DNA of 64,000 nt from an uncultured Candidatus Saccharibacteria bacterium (GCA_964350985.1 CAYGLK010000002.1:382-64381); one strand, 5' to 3'; counted from the first letter of the stretch, positions 1 through 10,318 are shown. Translations and numbers: made by a program. Notes: generated by a model from the letters alone, not told the origin.

Positions 1-137
1 TTATCTATACCAACAATAACCGTCTCATACTTGGCTTTATCTAATGCCTCAATAATATTCTTAGCTGACAAAAGCGATATTTCATGTTCGGCAGATTTTC
101 CACCACATAAGATGATGACGTTTGTTTTTTCTTTCAT
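1..137 (-). CDS. ddl: D-alanine--D-alanine ligase, N-terminal part (gene continues beyond window start)
   Basis: Reverse-strand translation from ATG at 137 reads MKEKTNVIILCGGKSAEHEISLLSAKNIIEALDKAKYETVIVGID, the conserved Ddl N-terminus (GGxSxEHEVSLxSA). Confidence 0.7.
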   Translation of the reverse strand, partial: MKEKTNVIILCGGKSAEHEISLLSAKNIIEALDKAKYETVIVGID

Positions 138-172
138 ATTGTTTAAAACTAGCCCTTAAGCGAAAAAGTTAT

Positions 173-208
173 AAAAACAGGGACTCCTAAAAGGAGTCCC
201 TGTTTTTA
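173..208. terminator. Bidirectional intrinsic terminator hairpin (cagggactcct-aaa-aggagtccctg) with flanking A/T runs
   Basis: Perfect 11-bp inverted repeat followed by TTTTT; lies downstream of the minus-strand glutaredoxin gene. Confidence 0.6.
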
Positions 209-224
209 TAAGCAGCTTGTTTAA

Positions 225-458
225 CTAAGCCAACAATTCCTTTATCTTCCCTTCATCAAACCCGACCACCACATCATCTCCAATTCGAATTACTGGCACC
301 CCCATTTGTCCAGTCATATCGATCATCTCTTGGCGTTTTTCATGATCTGCGGCCACATCATGTTCTGTAAAAGCAACATTATTTTCCTTAAAGTAATCTT
401 TAGCAGCATGGCAGAAATGACATACTGGAGTACTGTAAATTGTAACTGTTTTGTCCAT
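225..458 (-). CDS. Glutaredoxin-like protein (NrdH/Grx family)
   Basis: 77 aa; CHFC active-site motif near N-terminus (YSTPVCHFCHAAKDYF); thioredoxin-fold size. Confidence 0.7.
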   Translation of the reverse strand: MDKTVTIYSTPVCHFCHAAKDYFKENNVAFTEHDVAADHEKRQEMIDMTGQMGVPVIRIGDDVVVGFDEGKIKELLA

Positions 459-500
459 ACAAAAAATTTATTTTTTAATTATCTACTATTATATCATCTA

Positions 501-896
501 TTACCAAAACCGATACCAAGCTCTTTTTGTGGTAGTGGAGGTTGTTTCTACTACTTCTGGTTCTGATTTATTTTCATCGTCTAAAATAATAATTAATTGC
601 TCGCCTTCACGAGTAATATCAAATTGCCGTCGCAGTTCAGCTTCAATACCCCTCTCGTTTGTTAGATAGTTAACTTCTTTTTCGAGTGATTGACGCCTGG
701 TTTCAAGCGCCTCAATCTCTGACTCAACAGCACTGCGTCTTTCGTCCATATCTCTGGCGATTAAGTACCGATTATAGGCACTTATCAATACAAATATAGC
801 TAAAATTAAAAACAAAGCTTGTGTCACTCTTGAAGCGACAATACTCTTCATTTTTCTTTTTTGCTGAAAATCAAACATGTGGTAATATTCTAGCAT
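501..896 (-). CDS. Septum formation initiator (FtsB/DivIC-like) protein; true start probably at the internal Met near 852
   Basis: Single N-terminal TM followed by a coiled-coil (ESEIEALETRRQSLEKEVNYLTNE), typical FtsB/DivIC architecture. Confidence 0.5.
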   Translation of the reverse strand: MLEYYHMFDFQQKRKMKSIVASRVTQALFLILAIFVLISAYNRYLIARDMDERRSAVESEIEALETRRQSLEKEVNYLTNERGIEAELRRQFDITREGEQLIIILDDENKSEPEVVETTSTTTKRAWYRFW

Positions 897-1057
897 CTAT
901 GAGCATACTTTTTTCAAAACGCGGCAAAGGCATTATTAAGTGGATTTGGATCGTTATGGCAATCATGATTATTCTAAGTATGATCTTTGCCTATTCTGGA
1001 GGAGCTGGAGGACTATTTTAGTCTTATTTAAAATAAAGGGAAAATGATCAAAAGTGA

Positions 1058-2851
1058 CTAGTCACTTTTGATCATTTTCATAAACACTTCCTGAGGGATA
1101 TTTACTCTCCCTTTTCCAAGTTCAAGCGCTTTTTTCTTTCCTTTCTTTTGCTTCTCTCGCAGCTTCATCTTTCTAGTAATATCTCCTCCATAAAGATATC
1201 CGGTCACGTCTTTTTTGAGTGCAGAAAGTGTTTTTGAAGCAATAATCTTTCCTCGAACTTTTGTTTGGATTTTTGTTACATATTGCTGTCTCGGTAGGTT
1301 TTCATACAATTTTTCAACTGTTGCTCTAGCATCAAATTCAGCCCTTCTATCACCTACCACTCTAGAAAAAGCGGTGATTAGTTCTTCAGCTACTAAGACA
1401 TCTAATCTAACAACATCTGCTGGTCGCATTTCTGCAATTTCATATGAAAGTGAGGCGTAGCCACTACTAACATTTTTCAACTTATCAAAAAAGTTCCGCA
1501 TTAGTTCGCGCAAAGGCATTTCAATAGTGACCAAGTTACGCCCATCAGTCAAAACTTCCGTCTCCAATACACCTCCTTCGTGGTCAAAAAGCAGGTTCAT
1601 GATATTACCGACATACTCTGGTGGCGAAATAATTTGTCCCATCAGCCAAGGTTCACGAACGGTAGCTTGAACGCCATATTCTGGAAAACGAGTTGCTGCA
1701 TAGATGGACTCTACTTTACCGTCAGGATAAGTAACTTCATAAGCAATTGAAGGCGAAGTAATAATAATTTCTAGATTAAATTCTCGACGTAATCTTTCAG
1801 TCACAATTTCGAGATGAAGCATTCCCAAAAAACCGCAGCGGAAACCTCGTCCAAGAACACCAGAAGATTCTTCCTCATAAGAAAGAGACGAATCTGAAAG
1901 CTTTAAACGATCCAGGGCTTGCCTAAGTACTGTAAAGTCGTCCTGACTATCAGGGAAGACAGAGGCCCAAACCACCGGTCTAGCCTCCTGGTAGCCTGCC
2001 AGAGCTTCTGCAGGCCGTTTTTCTAGTATTAGAGTGTCTCCGACAGTAGCTACTCCAGGTTCTTTAATACCAGTCACGATATAGCCAATCTCTCCTGCCT
2101 CTAGTTTATCTACCGGAACTTCTCCCGGAACAAGTTTACCTACTTCAAGTGCGGTAAAAGTCTTCCCGCTAGCAACAAACTTGAGTTGGTCACCTTTCTT
2201 TACCTCACCATCAAAAACACGCATAAAGACAATCACTCCTCGGTGGTTAGAATATTGGAAGTCAAAGATTAAGCCGCGATAAGCATCTAGAGCGGTTTGC
2301 CTTGGTGCTGGAATTTTTTCACAAATTGCCTCAAGTAAGTCCGGGACTCCAGCTCCAGTTTTACCAGAAACAAGTAAAATATCTTCACGTTCACAACCAA
2401 GTAGTTTCATTACCGAAGCTCCGATTTCTTCTGGTCTAGAGTGCCCCATATCTGTCTTGGTCAAAACAGGAATTATCTTAAGCCCTTGTTCTTTAGCCAT
2501 CTGCAAAGTAGTTAGAGTTTGTGCTTGTACTCCTTGCGTACTGTCTACTAGTAAAAGCACTCCTTCTACCGCCTTTAGTGCCCTGGACACTTCATAAGAG
2601 AAGTCGATGTGGCCTGGAGTATCGATAAGATTGAGTTGAAAATCTTTTTTATTATGGACATAACTCATTCTAACGGGCTGCATTTTTATCGTAATACCAC
2701 GTTCACGCTCAAGTTCCATTGAGTCGAGAATTTGGTTCATCATCTTACGATGTTCTACCGTTTTGGTATGTTCAATCATCCGGTCAGCCAGAGTGGACTT
2801 TCCGTGGTCAATATGAGCAATAATACTAAAATTTCTAATCTGTGTTTCCAT
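1058..2851 (-). CDS. lepA: Elongation factor 4 (LepA)
   Basis: N-terminus IRNFSIIAHIDHGKSTLADR, 597 aa, GTPase G-motifs. Confidence 0.95.
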   Translation of the reverse strand: METQIRNFSIIAHIDHGKSTLADRMIEHTKTVEHRKMMNQILDSMELERERGITIKMQPVRMSYVHNKKDFQLNLIDTPGHIDFSYEVSRALKAVEGVLLLVDSTQGVQAQTLTTLQMAKEQGLKIIPVLTKTDMGHSRPEEIGASVMKLLGCEREDILLVSGKTGAGVPDLLEAICEKIPAPRQTALDAYRGLIFDFQYSNHRGVIVFMRVFDGEVKKGDQLKFVASGKTFTALEVGKLVPGEVPVDKLEAGEIGYIVTGIKEPGVATVGDTLILEKRPAEALAGYQEARPVVWASVFPDSQDDFTVLRQALDRLKLSDSSLSYEEESSGVLGRGFRCGFLGMLHLEIVTERLRREFNLEIIITSPSIAYEVTYPDGKVESIYAATRFPEYGVQATVREPWLMGQIISPPEYVGNIMNLLFDHEGGVLETEVLTDGRNLVTIEMPLRELMRNFFDKLKNVSSGYASLSYEIAEMRPADVVRLDVLVAEELITAFSRVVGDRRAEFDARATVEKLYENLPRQQYVTKIQTKVRGKIIASKTLSALKKDVTGYLYGGDITRKMKLREKQKKGKKKALELGKGRVNIPQEVFMKMIKSD

Positions 2852-2886
2852 AATTACTTGTACTCTACCTTAGTTCAGAGAAAAAA

Positions 2887-4563
2887 CTAGAGGCTATCTG
2901 CTGGCATTCCCACAACCTTGTTTTTAAAGACTTTAGAGTGCAATGAACGGTAGATTTCACTTAATTCATTGGAGCCTAATAGATAGTAAGTAATCAAAGC
3001 CCCTAATAGCCCAACAAGGCCTGCTATACCACCCTGAATCATGATTCCGATAAAAGTCTGTTGATTGATTCCATCAACGACAAAATTTAACGCTCCATAA
3101 GAAGCAAAAGCGGCCACCAAAGCTGCGAGTGTTGCTGTAGATAGATGTTTAGCCAAGCCTGTCCATTTAATGTTGAATTCACGCGTTGTTACAATAAACA
3201 TCAGTAATGCTTCTACTAAGATACCTATCACAAAAGCAGCGCCAAGAATTAACACCTCGGTTCCAGCCAAATCCTCAACTCTAAACAGTGTCTTAAGCCA
3301 AGTGTTTAAATAAGGATAAACTTCAATTAGTTTCAATGAAGATATCATTGCCACAACTGACACCAAAGCTCCAAATAAAGCTATCAGGAGTGGCATTCTG
3401 GTCTTTCCAGCTGCATAAAAACTACGGACAAGCAAAAGTAATATTGATTGAGCTGTTAGCGAAACAATGAACAGAGCCAAGACGGCTGCAGTCAGCCTGG
3501 TATCACTCCAGCTAAATTCCCCACTTCCTAAAACTACTCTGACTATCTGTGCTCGAAGAATAATTACTAATGCAATGATTGGGAAAGACCAAAAAATAAT
3601 ATGTCTAAACGCAGTTAAAAGATGGTTATTGAAAGCTTCCGTCTCTTTTTTAGCAAACAAATCTGCCAAGACCGGAAAAGCGGCTACCGAATAACTCATC
3701 CCAATAATTACTAAAGGTACTGATTGAAGATTGAGCGCAAACTGAAAAACAGAAACAGATCCAGCACTCATCATAGTAGCTACTCCAACCAAAACTAGTA
3801 AAACTATTTGATGTAAGGAAAGTGTCAAAGCTCTAGGCAAAGCTACTAAGACCACCGACTTGATTAGGTTACGATCGAATACCCGAGATACTCCGAAGGC
3901 TAGCTCACTTTTACACACCAAAGGTAACTGGACTAGCATATGTCCAACGGCACCTAAGACCACACCTAAAGCTAAACCTTGAATACCAAAGTAGGGATAG
4001 AAAAATACAATACCGATAATAATACCGATATTGTAAATTAATGGACTGATGGCATACAGGACAAAACGATGGGAAAGCTGTGTCACAACCCCAAAAAGAC
4101 TTGATACTCCCAAAAGAAGTGGTTGCAACAACAAGATTCTAATTAGATTGACCAGTATATTTGAATCATCTACTAATCCGGGAAAGAAGAAAGGAGTAAT
4201 ATATGGAACTGCAAAGAAAACAATGGTCGCAACAATAATGTATCCCCAAAGGAACAGAGTGAACATCTGACTCAGAACTTGAGCTCCTGCCTTTGAATCG
4301 ACTGAGGCTCTGGCTTTTGTAACAAAAGGCAAAAGCACATAGACCGAAAGAACAGAAACAAAAATCACAAAAAGAATATCTGGAATCCTAAATGCAGCGT
4401 AATAGAGATCAAGCTCATTACTAGCACCAAAGGTATGAGCTAAGAGACGATCTCTGACCAAAGCCAATAACTGCGAACCAAAAGCAAATAAAGCTAGAAT
4501 ATAGGCCGCTTGATGTAAGCCGCGAATTTCGCTATAAACTAATTTTAATACTCTTTTAACCAT
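2887..4563 (-). CDS. murJ: Lipid II flippase MurJ (MviN family)
   Basis: 558-aa polytopic membrane protein with a MurJ-like N-terminal region (LALVRDRLLAHTFGASNELDLYYAAFRIPD). Confidence 0.85.
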   Translation of the reverse strand: MVKRVLKLVYSEIRGLHQAAYILALFAFGSQLLALVRDRLLAHTFGASNELDLYYAAFRIPDILFVIFVSVLSVYVLLPFVTKARASVDSKAGAQVLSQMFTLFLWGYIIVATIVFFAVPYITPFFFPGLVDDSNILVNLIRILLLQPLLLGVSSLFGVVTQLSHRFVLYAISPLIYNIGIIIGIVFFYPYFGIQGLALGVVLGAVGHMLVQLPLVCKSELAFGVSRVFDRNLIKSVVLVALPRALTLSLHQIVLLVLVGVATMMSAGSVSVFQFALNLQSVPLVIIGMSYSVAAFPVLADLFAKKETEAFNNHLLTAFRHIIFWSFPIIALVIILRAQIVRVVLGSGEFSWSDTRLTAAVLALFIVSLTAQSILLLLVRSFYAAGKTRMPLLIALFGALVSVVAMISSLKLIEVYPYLNTWLKTLFRVEDLAGTEVLILGAAFVIGILVEALLMFIVTTREFNIKWTGLAKHLSTATLAALVAAFASYGALNFVVDGINQQTFIGIMIQGGIAGLVGLLGALITYYLLGSNELSEIYRSLHSKVFKNKVVGMPADSL

Positions 4564-4578
4564 GCACTAAATCCAACT

Positions 4579-7113
4579 CTATTCTGCAGGATTATTAGCA
4601 TCTTCTGCTTCGGTTGGCTCTTCTTCAGTGGTGTCTGCGTTTTCTTCAGAAGTATTAGAACCTTCTTCACCTTGTCTATTTATATTAGTAACAAGATCAG
4701 TATCAGATTCTCTGTCTGTAGTTACCACATCTCCGTCTTGAACCACTCCATCACTACTACCAATCGGAATGCCGAAGCTATTGTCTGGCTTAATATAATC
4801 ACCATTCTCAACCTGAGTAATAATATCTTTTACTAGTTGACTATCTTGGTTGTCTTCAAGAATAATTCTCAATTGTGCCAAAGCATCTTCCTCTCGACCA
4901 AGGTCAAGGTAAGTCAAAGATAAGAAGTATCTTGCGTTAGCATAATCATTACTTAACAAGATCGCTTGCTCAAACGCTGCCGCCGCTTCAGTAAACTTTT
5001 GATCAGCTCCTAGAAGTAATCCAAGTTGGAAATATCTAACTGGATTATTTGGTTCAATAAGGATTATTGAACGAGCGAACTGTAATGCTGACTCAAGATT
5101 ACCTTGTTCAATGTCTAGTTGTGAAAGTAGGTATAGGGCGTCAGTGTAATTATTCTTTAGATTTACAGCCTCTATTAGATACCTTCTAGTTTCATCAAAT
5201 TGTTCTAACCTAGCTTTATGTTGTGCCAATAGTACCAAGTAGAGAGGATTTTTTGGTTCTAACGCTCGAACCTTTTCGAACAAAGCTTCATTTCTAGCTA
5301 CGACACCTTCAAATTCCTGAGGGTTTAATAGATTGTAGAAGTTACTCAAAAGAATATAGTTTGTTGGATTTGTAGAATCTAAAGCAATAGCCTGCTGTGC
5401 TAATTCAACCCCTTCAGATAACATTCGTGCATACAGAGCCTGATTTTCTTCAGAGACCTCCAGACTATTTAGTCTAGCTATTTCTGCTAATCTGAGTTGC
5501 GCTCTTTCAGCCACAAACAACTCTTGAGGATTCAAATTCTGAGCTTTAACTAATCCTGCATCAGTCTCAGCAAAACTCGCACCATTACTAAAGTTGTTTA
5601 CTGTATTGATGTAGGTGGTATTAGACATAAACTGCTTACTGACTCCCGCTAAAGCTAGCGAACCACTTCCAAAGAGTACTATTGCCACCGCAATCAGAAC
5701 AAAGCCATATTTTTTATTGCCAACCACATCAAACTCAAAAGTCTTTTGCTTTCTTGATGAAAGGCCAGCCGAAACCGCCAAACCACTCATTAGAACTGTT
5801 AAACATAAGACTGTCACACCAGGCACGTAAGCAATAGCTAGTAGCCAGAGATAGACAGACGAGACAAACGAAATAACTCCGATAAGGTACCAACCGTGGT
5901 CAGTCACTTCCCTAACAAAAATATTTCGATAAGTTGTATATAGGAATGTTCCCAAGAAGATCAAGAAGAACAGACTGCCGGCAATACCAGTGGTGATAAA
6001 GATTGTTGACACATAACCACTACCTGAAGTGAAGTTAGTATTCCAAAAAGCAGTTTCATTTATTATCGGGTTTTTGTACAAACGCCAAGCATCTTCAAAT
6101 CTATTTGGCCCTATTCCCAACAACGCATTCTCAGAATAAACAGCTTTAGCTATATCTAGAGTTGAATCAATAGAAGGTCTAATCTCAATATAACTGATGC
6201 CACTAATAGAATTTGCTTTGCCTCCGAAGTAATCCCCATTTATAACAAAGGCTGCTGAAGTGATAAATATCAACCCTACAATCGCTAGAGTAAAATATGA
6301 AGTTGGAGTTTTGTTTTCTTCACTATCTTTTAACCAAGTGTCCTTAGAAATAAAATACAAAACAGCTAATAGACTTACGAAGCCGATAACTACCCAAATA
6401 AGGTAAAAGTTAATGATAGCCAAGAGCAGCAAGGAGTTAACTACGAGTACTGTAGCTACTATTTTTCCAAAGATTCTCTGGGCTAACTGTGGTAACAAAA
6501 CCAAAGTAACCAAAAGTACCAAACCAGAAAAAATAGCCAAGTCATTTAAGCCACCTATGAGTGACGAGGTGTTAATTGGAAACAGTCCACCGAAAGATAA
6601 AGTTTCTGGACCAAAGAATAATCTAACTAGATGAAAGATTTGTAGGATTATTGTAGAAACAGATAGTAAAGTAAAGAGCTTTATGACTGTCTTTTTTGAC
6701 TGACTTAAGAAAAGCATTGCTGTCATTACTAATCCAAGAAGGATCAAAAAACCGACAGTATGGATCTCAAAACTATTCCCGGTGAAAGCGTCTAAACGAT
6801 CTCCTGACAAAGCGGCCGCTACTGCTGCCATAGCAATAAATGCCCAGAAAAATATTATCGTTTTTGGTACAAAGACTGAAAGTCTTCCACTTCGCAGAAC
6901 ACCTAAAACAAATAATGTCAGTGCAGCAAAGATTCCGATAGCTAAGAGGTAGATCTTAGCAAAACCCAGAGACGCATAAACGTTTGGAATGAACAATATT
7001 GGTAATAGACCTAATGTAATTGCTAATATATTCTGTGCGGAGGCAAAGAATGAACTACTCAATTTATCTTCCGTTTTTGGTTTAATTTGCGGCGAAAAAA
7101 TATTTTGTTCCAT
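4579..7113 (-). CDS. Large membrane protein with O-antigen-ligase-like polytopic N-terminal domain and C-terminal TPR repeats, acidic C-terminal tail
   Basis: About 12 predicted TM helices followed by repeated TPR-like helical motifs (ALYLLSQLDIEQGNLESALQF...). Confidence 0.55.
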   Translation of the reverse strand: MEQNIFSPQIKPKTEDKLSSSFFASAQNILAITLGLLPILFIPNVYASLGFAKIYLLAIGIFAALTLFVLGVLRSGRLSVFVPKTIIFFWAFIAMAAVAAALSGDRLDAFTGNSFEIHTVGFLILLGLVMTAMLFLSQSKKTVIKLFTLLSVSTIILQIFHLVRLFFGPETLSFGGLFPINTSSLIGGLNDLAIFSGLVLLVTLVLLPQLAQRIFGKIVATVLVVNSLLLLAIINFYLIWVVIGFVSLLAVLYFISKDTWLKDSEENKTPTSYFTLAIVGLIFITSAAFVINGDYFGGKANSISGISYIEIRPSIDSTLDIAKAVYSENALLGIGPNRFEDAWRLYKNPIINETAFWNTNFTSGSGYVSTIFITTGIAGSLFFLIFLGTFLYTTYRNIFVREVTDHGWYLIGVISFVSSVYLWLLAIAYVPGVTVLCLTVLMSGLAVSAGLSSRKQKTFEFDVVGNKKYGFVLIAVAIVLFGSGSLALAGVSKQFMSNTTYINTVNNFSNGASFAETDAGLVKAQNLNPQELFVAERAQLRLAEIARLNSLEVSEENQALYARMLSEGVELAQQAIALDSTNPTNYILLSNFYNLLNPQEFEGVVARNEALFEKVRALEPKNPLYLVLLAQHKARLEQFDETRRYLIEAVNLKNNYTDALYLLSQLDIEQGNLESALQFARSIILIEPNNPVRYFQLGLLLGADQKFTEAAAAFEQAILLSNDYANARYFLSLTYLDLGREEDALAQLRIILEDNQDSQLVKDIITQVENGDYIKPDNSFGIPIGSSDGVVQDGDVVTTDRESDTDLVTNINRQGEEGSNTSEENADTTEEEPTEAEDANNPAE

Positions 7114-7160
7114 AAAGCATAAAAATTAATAACAACTCCCTGATTACGAAAATTATAACA

Positions 7161-7194
7161 TACACAAAAACACCTATTACTAGGTGTTTTTGTG
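7161..7194. terminator. Intrinsic terminator hairpin (aaaaacaccta-ttac-taggtgttttt) downstream of rnpB
   Basis: Perfect inverted repeat with A/T runs on both sides. Confidence 0.6.
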
Positions 7195-7197
7195 TAC

Positions 7198-7520
7198 ATG
7201 TAAGCCGAATTCTGTCAGGATTGCTCCTGGATGATCATATACCTAGGATGAATGTTGCCATTCACCTCATGCGGCTCTCTGGAGAATTTTTTCTTTAGAA
7301 AAAATTCTCCAGCACGGCCTTGCACGCGAGTAAGGATTTTGCCGTTTCACCCGATATATCTCTATATCGATTATTCCCGAAGGAACCCATTTGCTTTCGC
7401 TAGCGGCGTCACTGCTCGCACCTCTATGTATTACTACACGACGGGAATTACCCGCTACCCGGCTCCAATTTTACTTGGGCGTGTTCGGACTTTCCTCCCC
7501 ACAAAGTGAGGCGATCATCA
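7198..7520 (-). ncRNA. rnpB: RNase P RNA (bacterial type A-like)
   Basis: Minus strand contains GGAGGAAAGTCCGAACAC (P4 5' strand), AGCGAAAGCAAATGGGTTCC, GGGTGAAACGGCAAAATCC...GCGTGCAAGGCC and ACAGAATTCGGCTTAC (cf. consensus ACAGAACCCGGCUUA). TGTTATAAT extended -10 about 7 nt upstream of the predicted 5' end; terminator hairpin at 3' end. Ends approximate. Confidence 0.75.
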
Positions 7521-7543
7521 TGTTCATATATTATAACACAGAA

Positions 7544-8119
7544 TTAAAACTTTGGTAGTGTCACCTCTTGGCCAAGGGCAATGGTGTTACTCTCAATAAA
7601 ACCAGCGTTTGTTTCGATAACATACTTTGCTTCTACTTCAGGAGTGAAGTTTTCTGGAAAACTTTCAGGTGTAGCTCGTTTTCTATAATCAACAATCTTA
7701 TTATTTTCATCCACCCAAATAATGTCGATAGCATAATTCATATCCTTCATCCAGATTGAGTGAAAGCCGCTAGTGTCAAAGACAAAAAACTTAACTACTC
7801 CCTCAGGTAGATAAGGAGTCTCAGACAAACCTTTTATTCGATCTGGCCAAGAAATAGCTACCGAAGCCTCCACAGTAGTTGAAGCAATTGTCATTGCCTC
7901 AGTCTCGGGGAAATAAGTCCTCCGTACATAATCTTCAGTCAGTTCAGCTTTTCCTATTTCTTGATCAGGCTTCTTTTCTTCATTTATAGCTAAGTTATTT
8001 TGTACCGGTACATCAGTATTTTGATATTGATAAAAAAATACCAAGACCCCAAGAAGCATTACTCCCATCACTCCTAAAAGTGAATAAGTTAACCAAGGAT
8101 TAATGTTGTTCTTAGACAC
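7544..8119 (-). CDS. DUF192 (COG1430) family secreted/membrane-anchored protein
   Basis: N-terminal TM; C-terminal region (VVKFFVFDTSGFHSIWMKDMNYAIDIIWVDENNKIV) fits DUF192 pattern. Confidence 0.55.
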   Translation of the reverse strand: MSKNNINPWLTYSLLGVMGVMLLGVLVFFYQYQNTDVPVQNNLAINEEKKPDQEIGKAELTEDYVRRTYFPETEAMTIASTTVEASVAISWPDRIKGLSETPYLPEGVVKFFVFDTSGFHSIWMKDMNYAIDIIWVDENNKIVDYRKRATPESFPENFTPEVEAKYVIETNAGFIESNTIALGQEVTLPKF

Positions 8120-8125
8120 AATAGT

Positions 8126-8530
8126 TTATTTTAGTAACATCCAAATATAGAAAGCACTTCCGGCCACACCAGCTCCCAGTACAGTTCCCCAAGCAATATC
8201 AATAAATACGATAGACAACGGCCAGTCTTTCAGCAAAGCCAAATTGGTTAACTCATAAGTAACATAAGTAACAAAACCAAAGAAGGCACCATAACCAATA
8301 GCATTGATCAACTTTCCCTCAATCACAGCAGGGTAAGTAGCAAAAAAAGTTAGCCCCGCTAGAAAGATAAAGTAGAAAATAATGGCAGCAATCCAATTCA
8401 CATCACCGAGCAAGTGACCTAGTCTGTCTTGATAAATATCTTTTGCAATCACTCCCAACCACAGCAAATCAATCAAAAAGAAAAGCGGTACGCTGATAAA
8501 ATATAGAGTTAAAAATACTGGAATATTCAT
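8126..8530 (-). CDS. Small polytopic membrane protein (DUF2177-like)
   Basis: 134 aa, 4 predicted TM helices; weak family recollection only. Confidence 0.4.
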   Translation of the reverse strand: MNIPVFLTLYFISVPLFFLIDLLWLGVIAKDIYQDRLGHLLGDVNWIAAIIFYFIFLAGLTFFATYPAVIEGKLINAIGYGAFFGFVTYVTYELTNLALLKDWPLSIVFIDIAWGTVLGAGVAGSAFYIWMLLK

Positions 8531-8534
8531 ATTA

Positions 8535-9407
8535 TTATTTTTTAATTGAATCTAATAAAGCTGCTGTTGAAGCTAGATCACGGTTAGCACCAGCATCGAT
8601 GATGATTGTGTTCCCGTGAGATGCAGCGGTAGTAATAGCATCAATTCTATTTGTGTCAGTTAAGAACTGGACCGCTCTTTCTGAATCTAGTCCAGCCTTT
8701 TCCATCGTCTTCATCGCACCCTCAAGTCCTTTTGCAATCGCTTCTCGCATCTCAGCCATACCTTCTCCTTGAAGTTTCTTACTCTCAGCTTCTGCTTGAG
8801 CTGCACCTACCAGTTTAATTCTTTCAGCTTCTGCTTCATTGCGAGCAGCTTCCATCAAACGTTTACTAGCAATAACTTTATTGAAAGCATCTCGTACCTC
8901 GACACTCGGTTGTGGTTCATCCACTAAAACGTTTTCGATGATGTAGCCAAAACGTGCAAATTGTTCTGAGAGAGCTACTTGGACTTGTTGTTCAACTGAA
9001 TCGCGGTTGGCATAAAGTTCGGTCATCTCCATCCCGGAAGCAGTCTGACGCACGTTATTTAAGACATAAGAAGTTATTTGTCTCTCTGGAGCTTCAAGTT
9101 CGTAATGCGCCTTAACTGCACCAACTGGTTCATTACTAGCTTTGTACTGCACCTTAACCGGTAAGGTCATAAAAGCATTGTCACTAGTTTTTACTGAGAC
9201 ATCCGCATGAATCTCTTGCAGCTGAAGATTTACACGCGCCACAATAGCGGTAATTGGCCAAGGCCACTTAACTCTCAAGCCCGGAAAAACAGCCTGCTGG
9301 TGTGGTCGCCCGAAAGTCTCTAAAATAACCGCGGTCTTTCCTTTAACCACATAAACTATTGACGGTAAGAGCAGCAATAAAACAATAATCAGAATAAACC
9401 AAAACAT
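8535..9407 (-). CDS. SPFH/Band-7 (prohibitin/stomatin-like) protein; start moved to Met at 9407 because 9455 would lie inside the upstream gene's terminator
   Basis: N-terminal TM then Band-7 domain and a long coiled-coil/Ala-rich C-terminus (EAARNEAEAERIKLVGAAQAEAESKKLQ). Confidence 0.75.
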   Translation of the reverse strand: MFWFILIIVLLLLLPSIVYVVKGKTAVILETFGRPHQQAVFPGLRVKWPWPITAIVARVNLQLQEIHADVSVKTSDNAFMTLPVKVQYKASNEPVGAVKAHYELEAPERQITSYVLNNVRQTASGMEMTELYANRDSVEQQVQVALSEQFARFGYIIENVLVDEPQPSVEVRDAFNKVIASKRLMEAARNEAEAERIKLVGAAQAEAESKKLQGEGMAEMREAIAKGLEGAMKTMEKAGLDSERAVQFLTDTNRIDAITTAASHGNTIIIDAGANRDLASTAALLDSIKK

Positions 9408-9443
9408 ATATAATGTATTAACTAAATATGTACTAATTATAGC

Positions 9444-9476
9444 AAAAGCCGGCAAGCTACGCTTGCCGGCTTTTTT
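9444..9476. terminator. Intrinsic terminator hairpin (gccggcaagc-tac-gcttgccggc + TTTTTT)
   Basis: Perfect 10-bp stem followed by T-run, immediately downstream of the ZIP transporter gene. Confidence 0.65.
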
Positions 9477-9492
9477 GTTTAATCACTTGACT

Positions 9493-10296
9493 TTATATAT
9501 GATCATCGTGCTCTTCATGGTCTTCAGCATGTTCACCATCTCCGTGTGAGTGACCTTCAGACAAAGCGTTAGAGATTAACCCCATCAACATCACTCCAAT
9601 CAAAACAAAGACTAGGTGTTTGAAAAAAGTTTGATTGCTTCCATGATGTGATTTTTTGGGTAGCAGGTCGTGGATAACGACGCTCAGGAAAAATCCAGCA
9701 CTAATTGCTAACAGCCATACTTCAAGACCTTCCAAGGTAAGGGCTACGTAACCTAAAGCCACTCCGACCAAAATTGTGCTAGAGACGGCAAAATTTATAG
9801 TCAAAGCTTTAGCAACAGAATAACCGGCCTGTCTTAAGACAAAGAATTCTGACATTTCTTGTAAAAACTCATGAATCAAAATGGAAGCCAAGGCCGCCAG
9901 ACCTAAGGTTGGAGAAGCGGTAAACGCAACCACTATCACAACACCGTCGGCTACATTATGGATCGCGTCCCCAACAATCAACTTACGAGCAGCCCGATGT
10001 GACTTATGGCAGTCAGTATCATGATGGTGATGCGTTTCAGGTAAAATTTTATGTAGTGCCCAAGCCAATATGTATCCAAGAGATATTAATAAAGCACCCT
10101 CCCAAACTGAGTTAGCCAGTTCAAAAACTTCCAAAGACAGAGCTCCAGCAGTCACTAAGAAAACACCTGCCGAAAAAGAAACTAAGAAAGAAAGATTTTC
10201 TTCAATAAATTTTCTGGCTGTCTGCTGAAGAAACAATACTCCACTTAAGGACACCAACATTACAGCCAAAGCAGCTAACAAGACCTCAATTAACAT
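9493..10296 (-). CDS. ZIP-family (ZupT-like) divalent metal transporter with His-rich loop; probable zinc uptake. Start assigned to Met at 10296; track start 10335 lies inside the operator palindrome
   Basis: 8 TM helices, HHHHDTDCHKSHR loop, conserved HN..DG and HE motifs in TM4/5; divergently paired with a Fur-family regulator. Confidence 0.55.
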   Translation of the reverse strand: MLIEVLLAALAVMLVSLSGVLFLQQTARKFIEENLSFLVSFSAGVFLVTAGALSLEVFELANSVWEGALLISLGYILAWALHKILPETHHHHDTDCHKSHRAARKLIVGDAIHNVADGVVIVVAFTASPTLGLAALASILIHEFLQEMSEFFVLRQAGYSVAKALTINFAVSSTILVGVALGYVALTLEGLEVWLLAISAGFFLSVVIHDLLPKKSHHGSNQTFFKHLVFVLIGVMLMGLISNALSEGHSHGDGEHAEDHEEHDDHI

Positions 10297-10318
10297 AATC
10301 AGATTTCTTAAATAATAA

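Noticed and set aside
7252-7509. Plus-strand 85-aa ORF in the ORF track
   Set aside because: Lies entirely antisense to the RNase P RNA gene; no promoter or RBS; composition is that of structured RNA.
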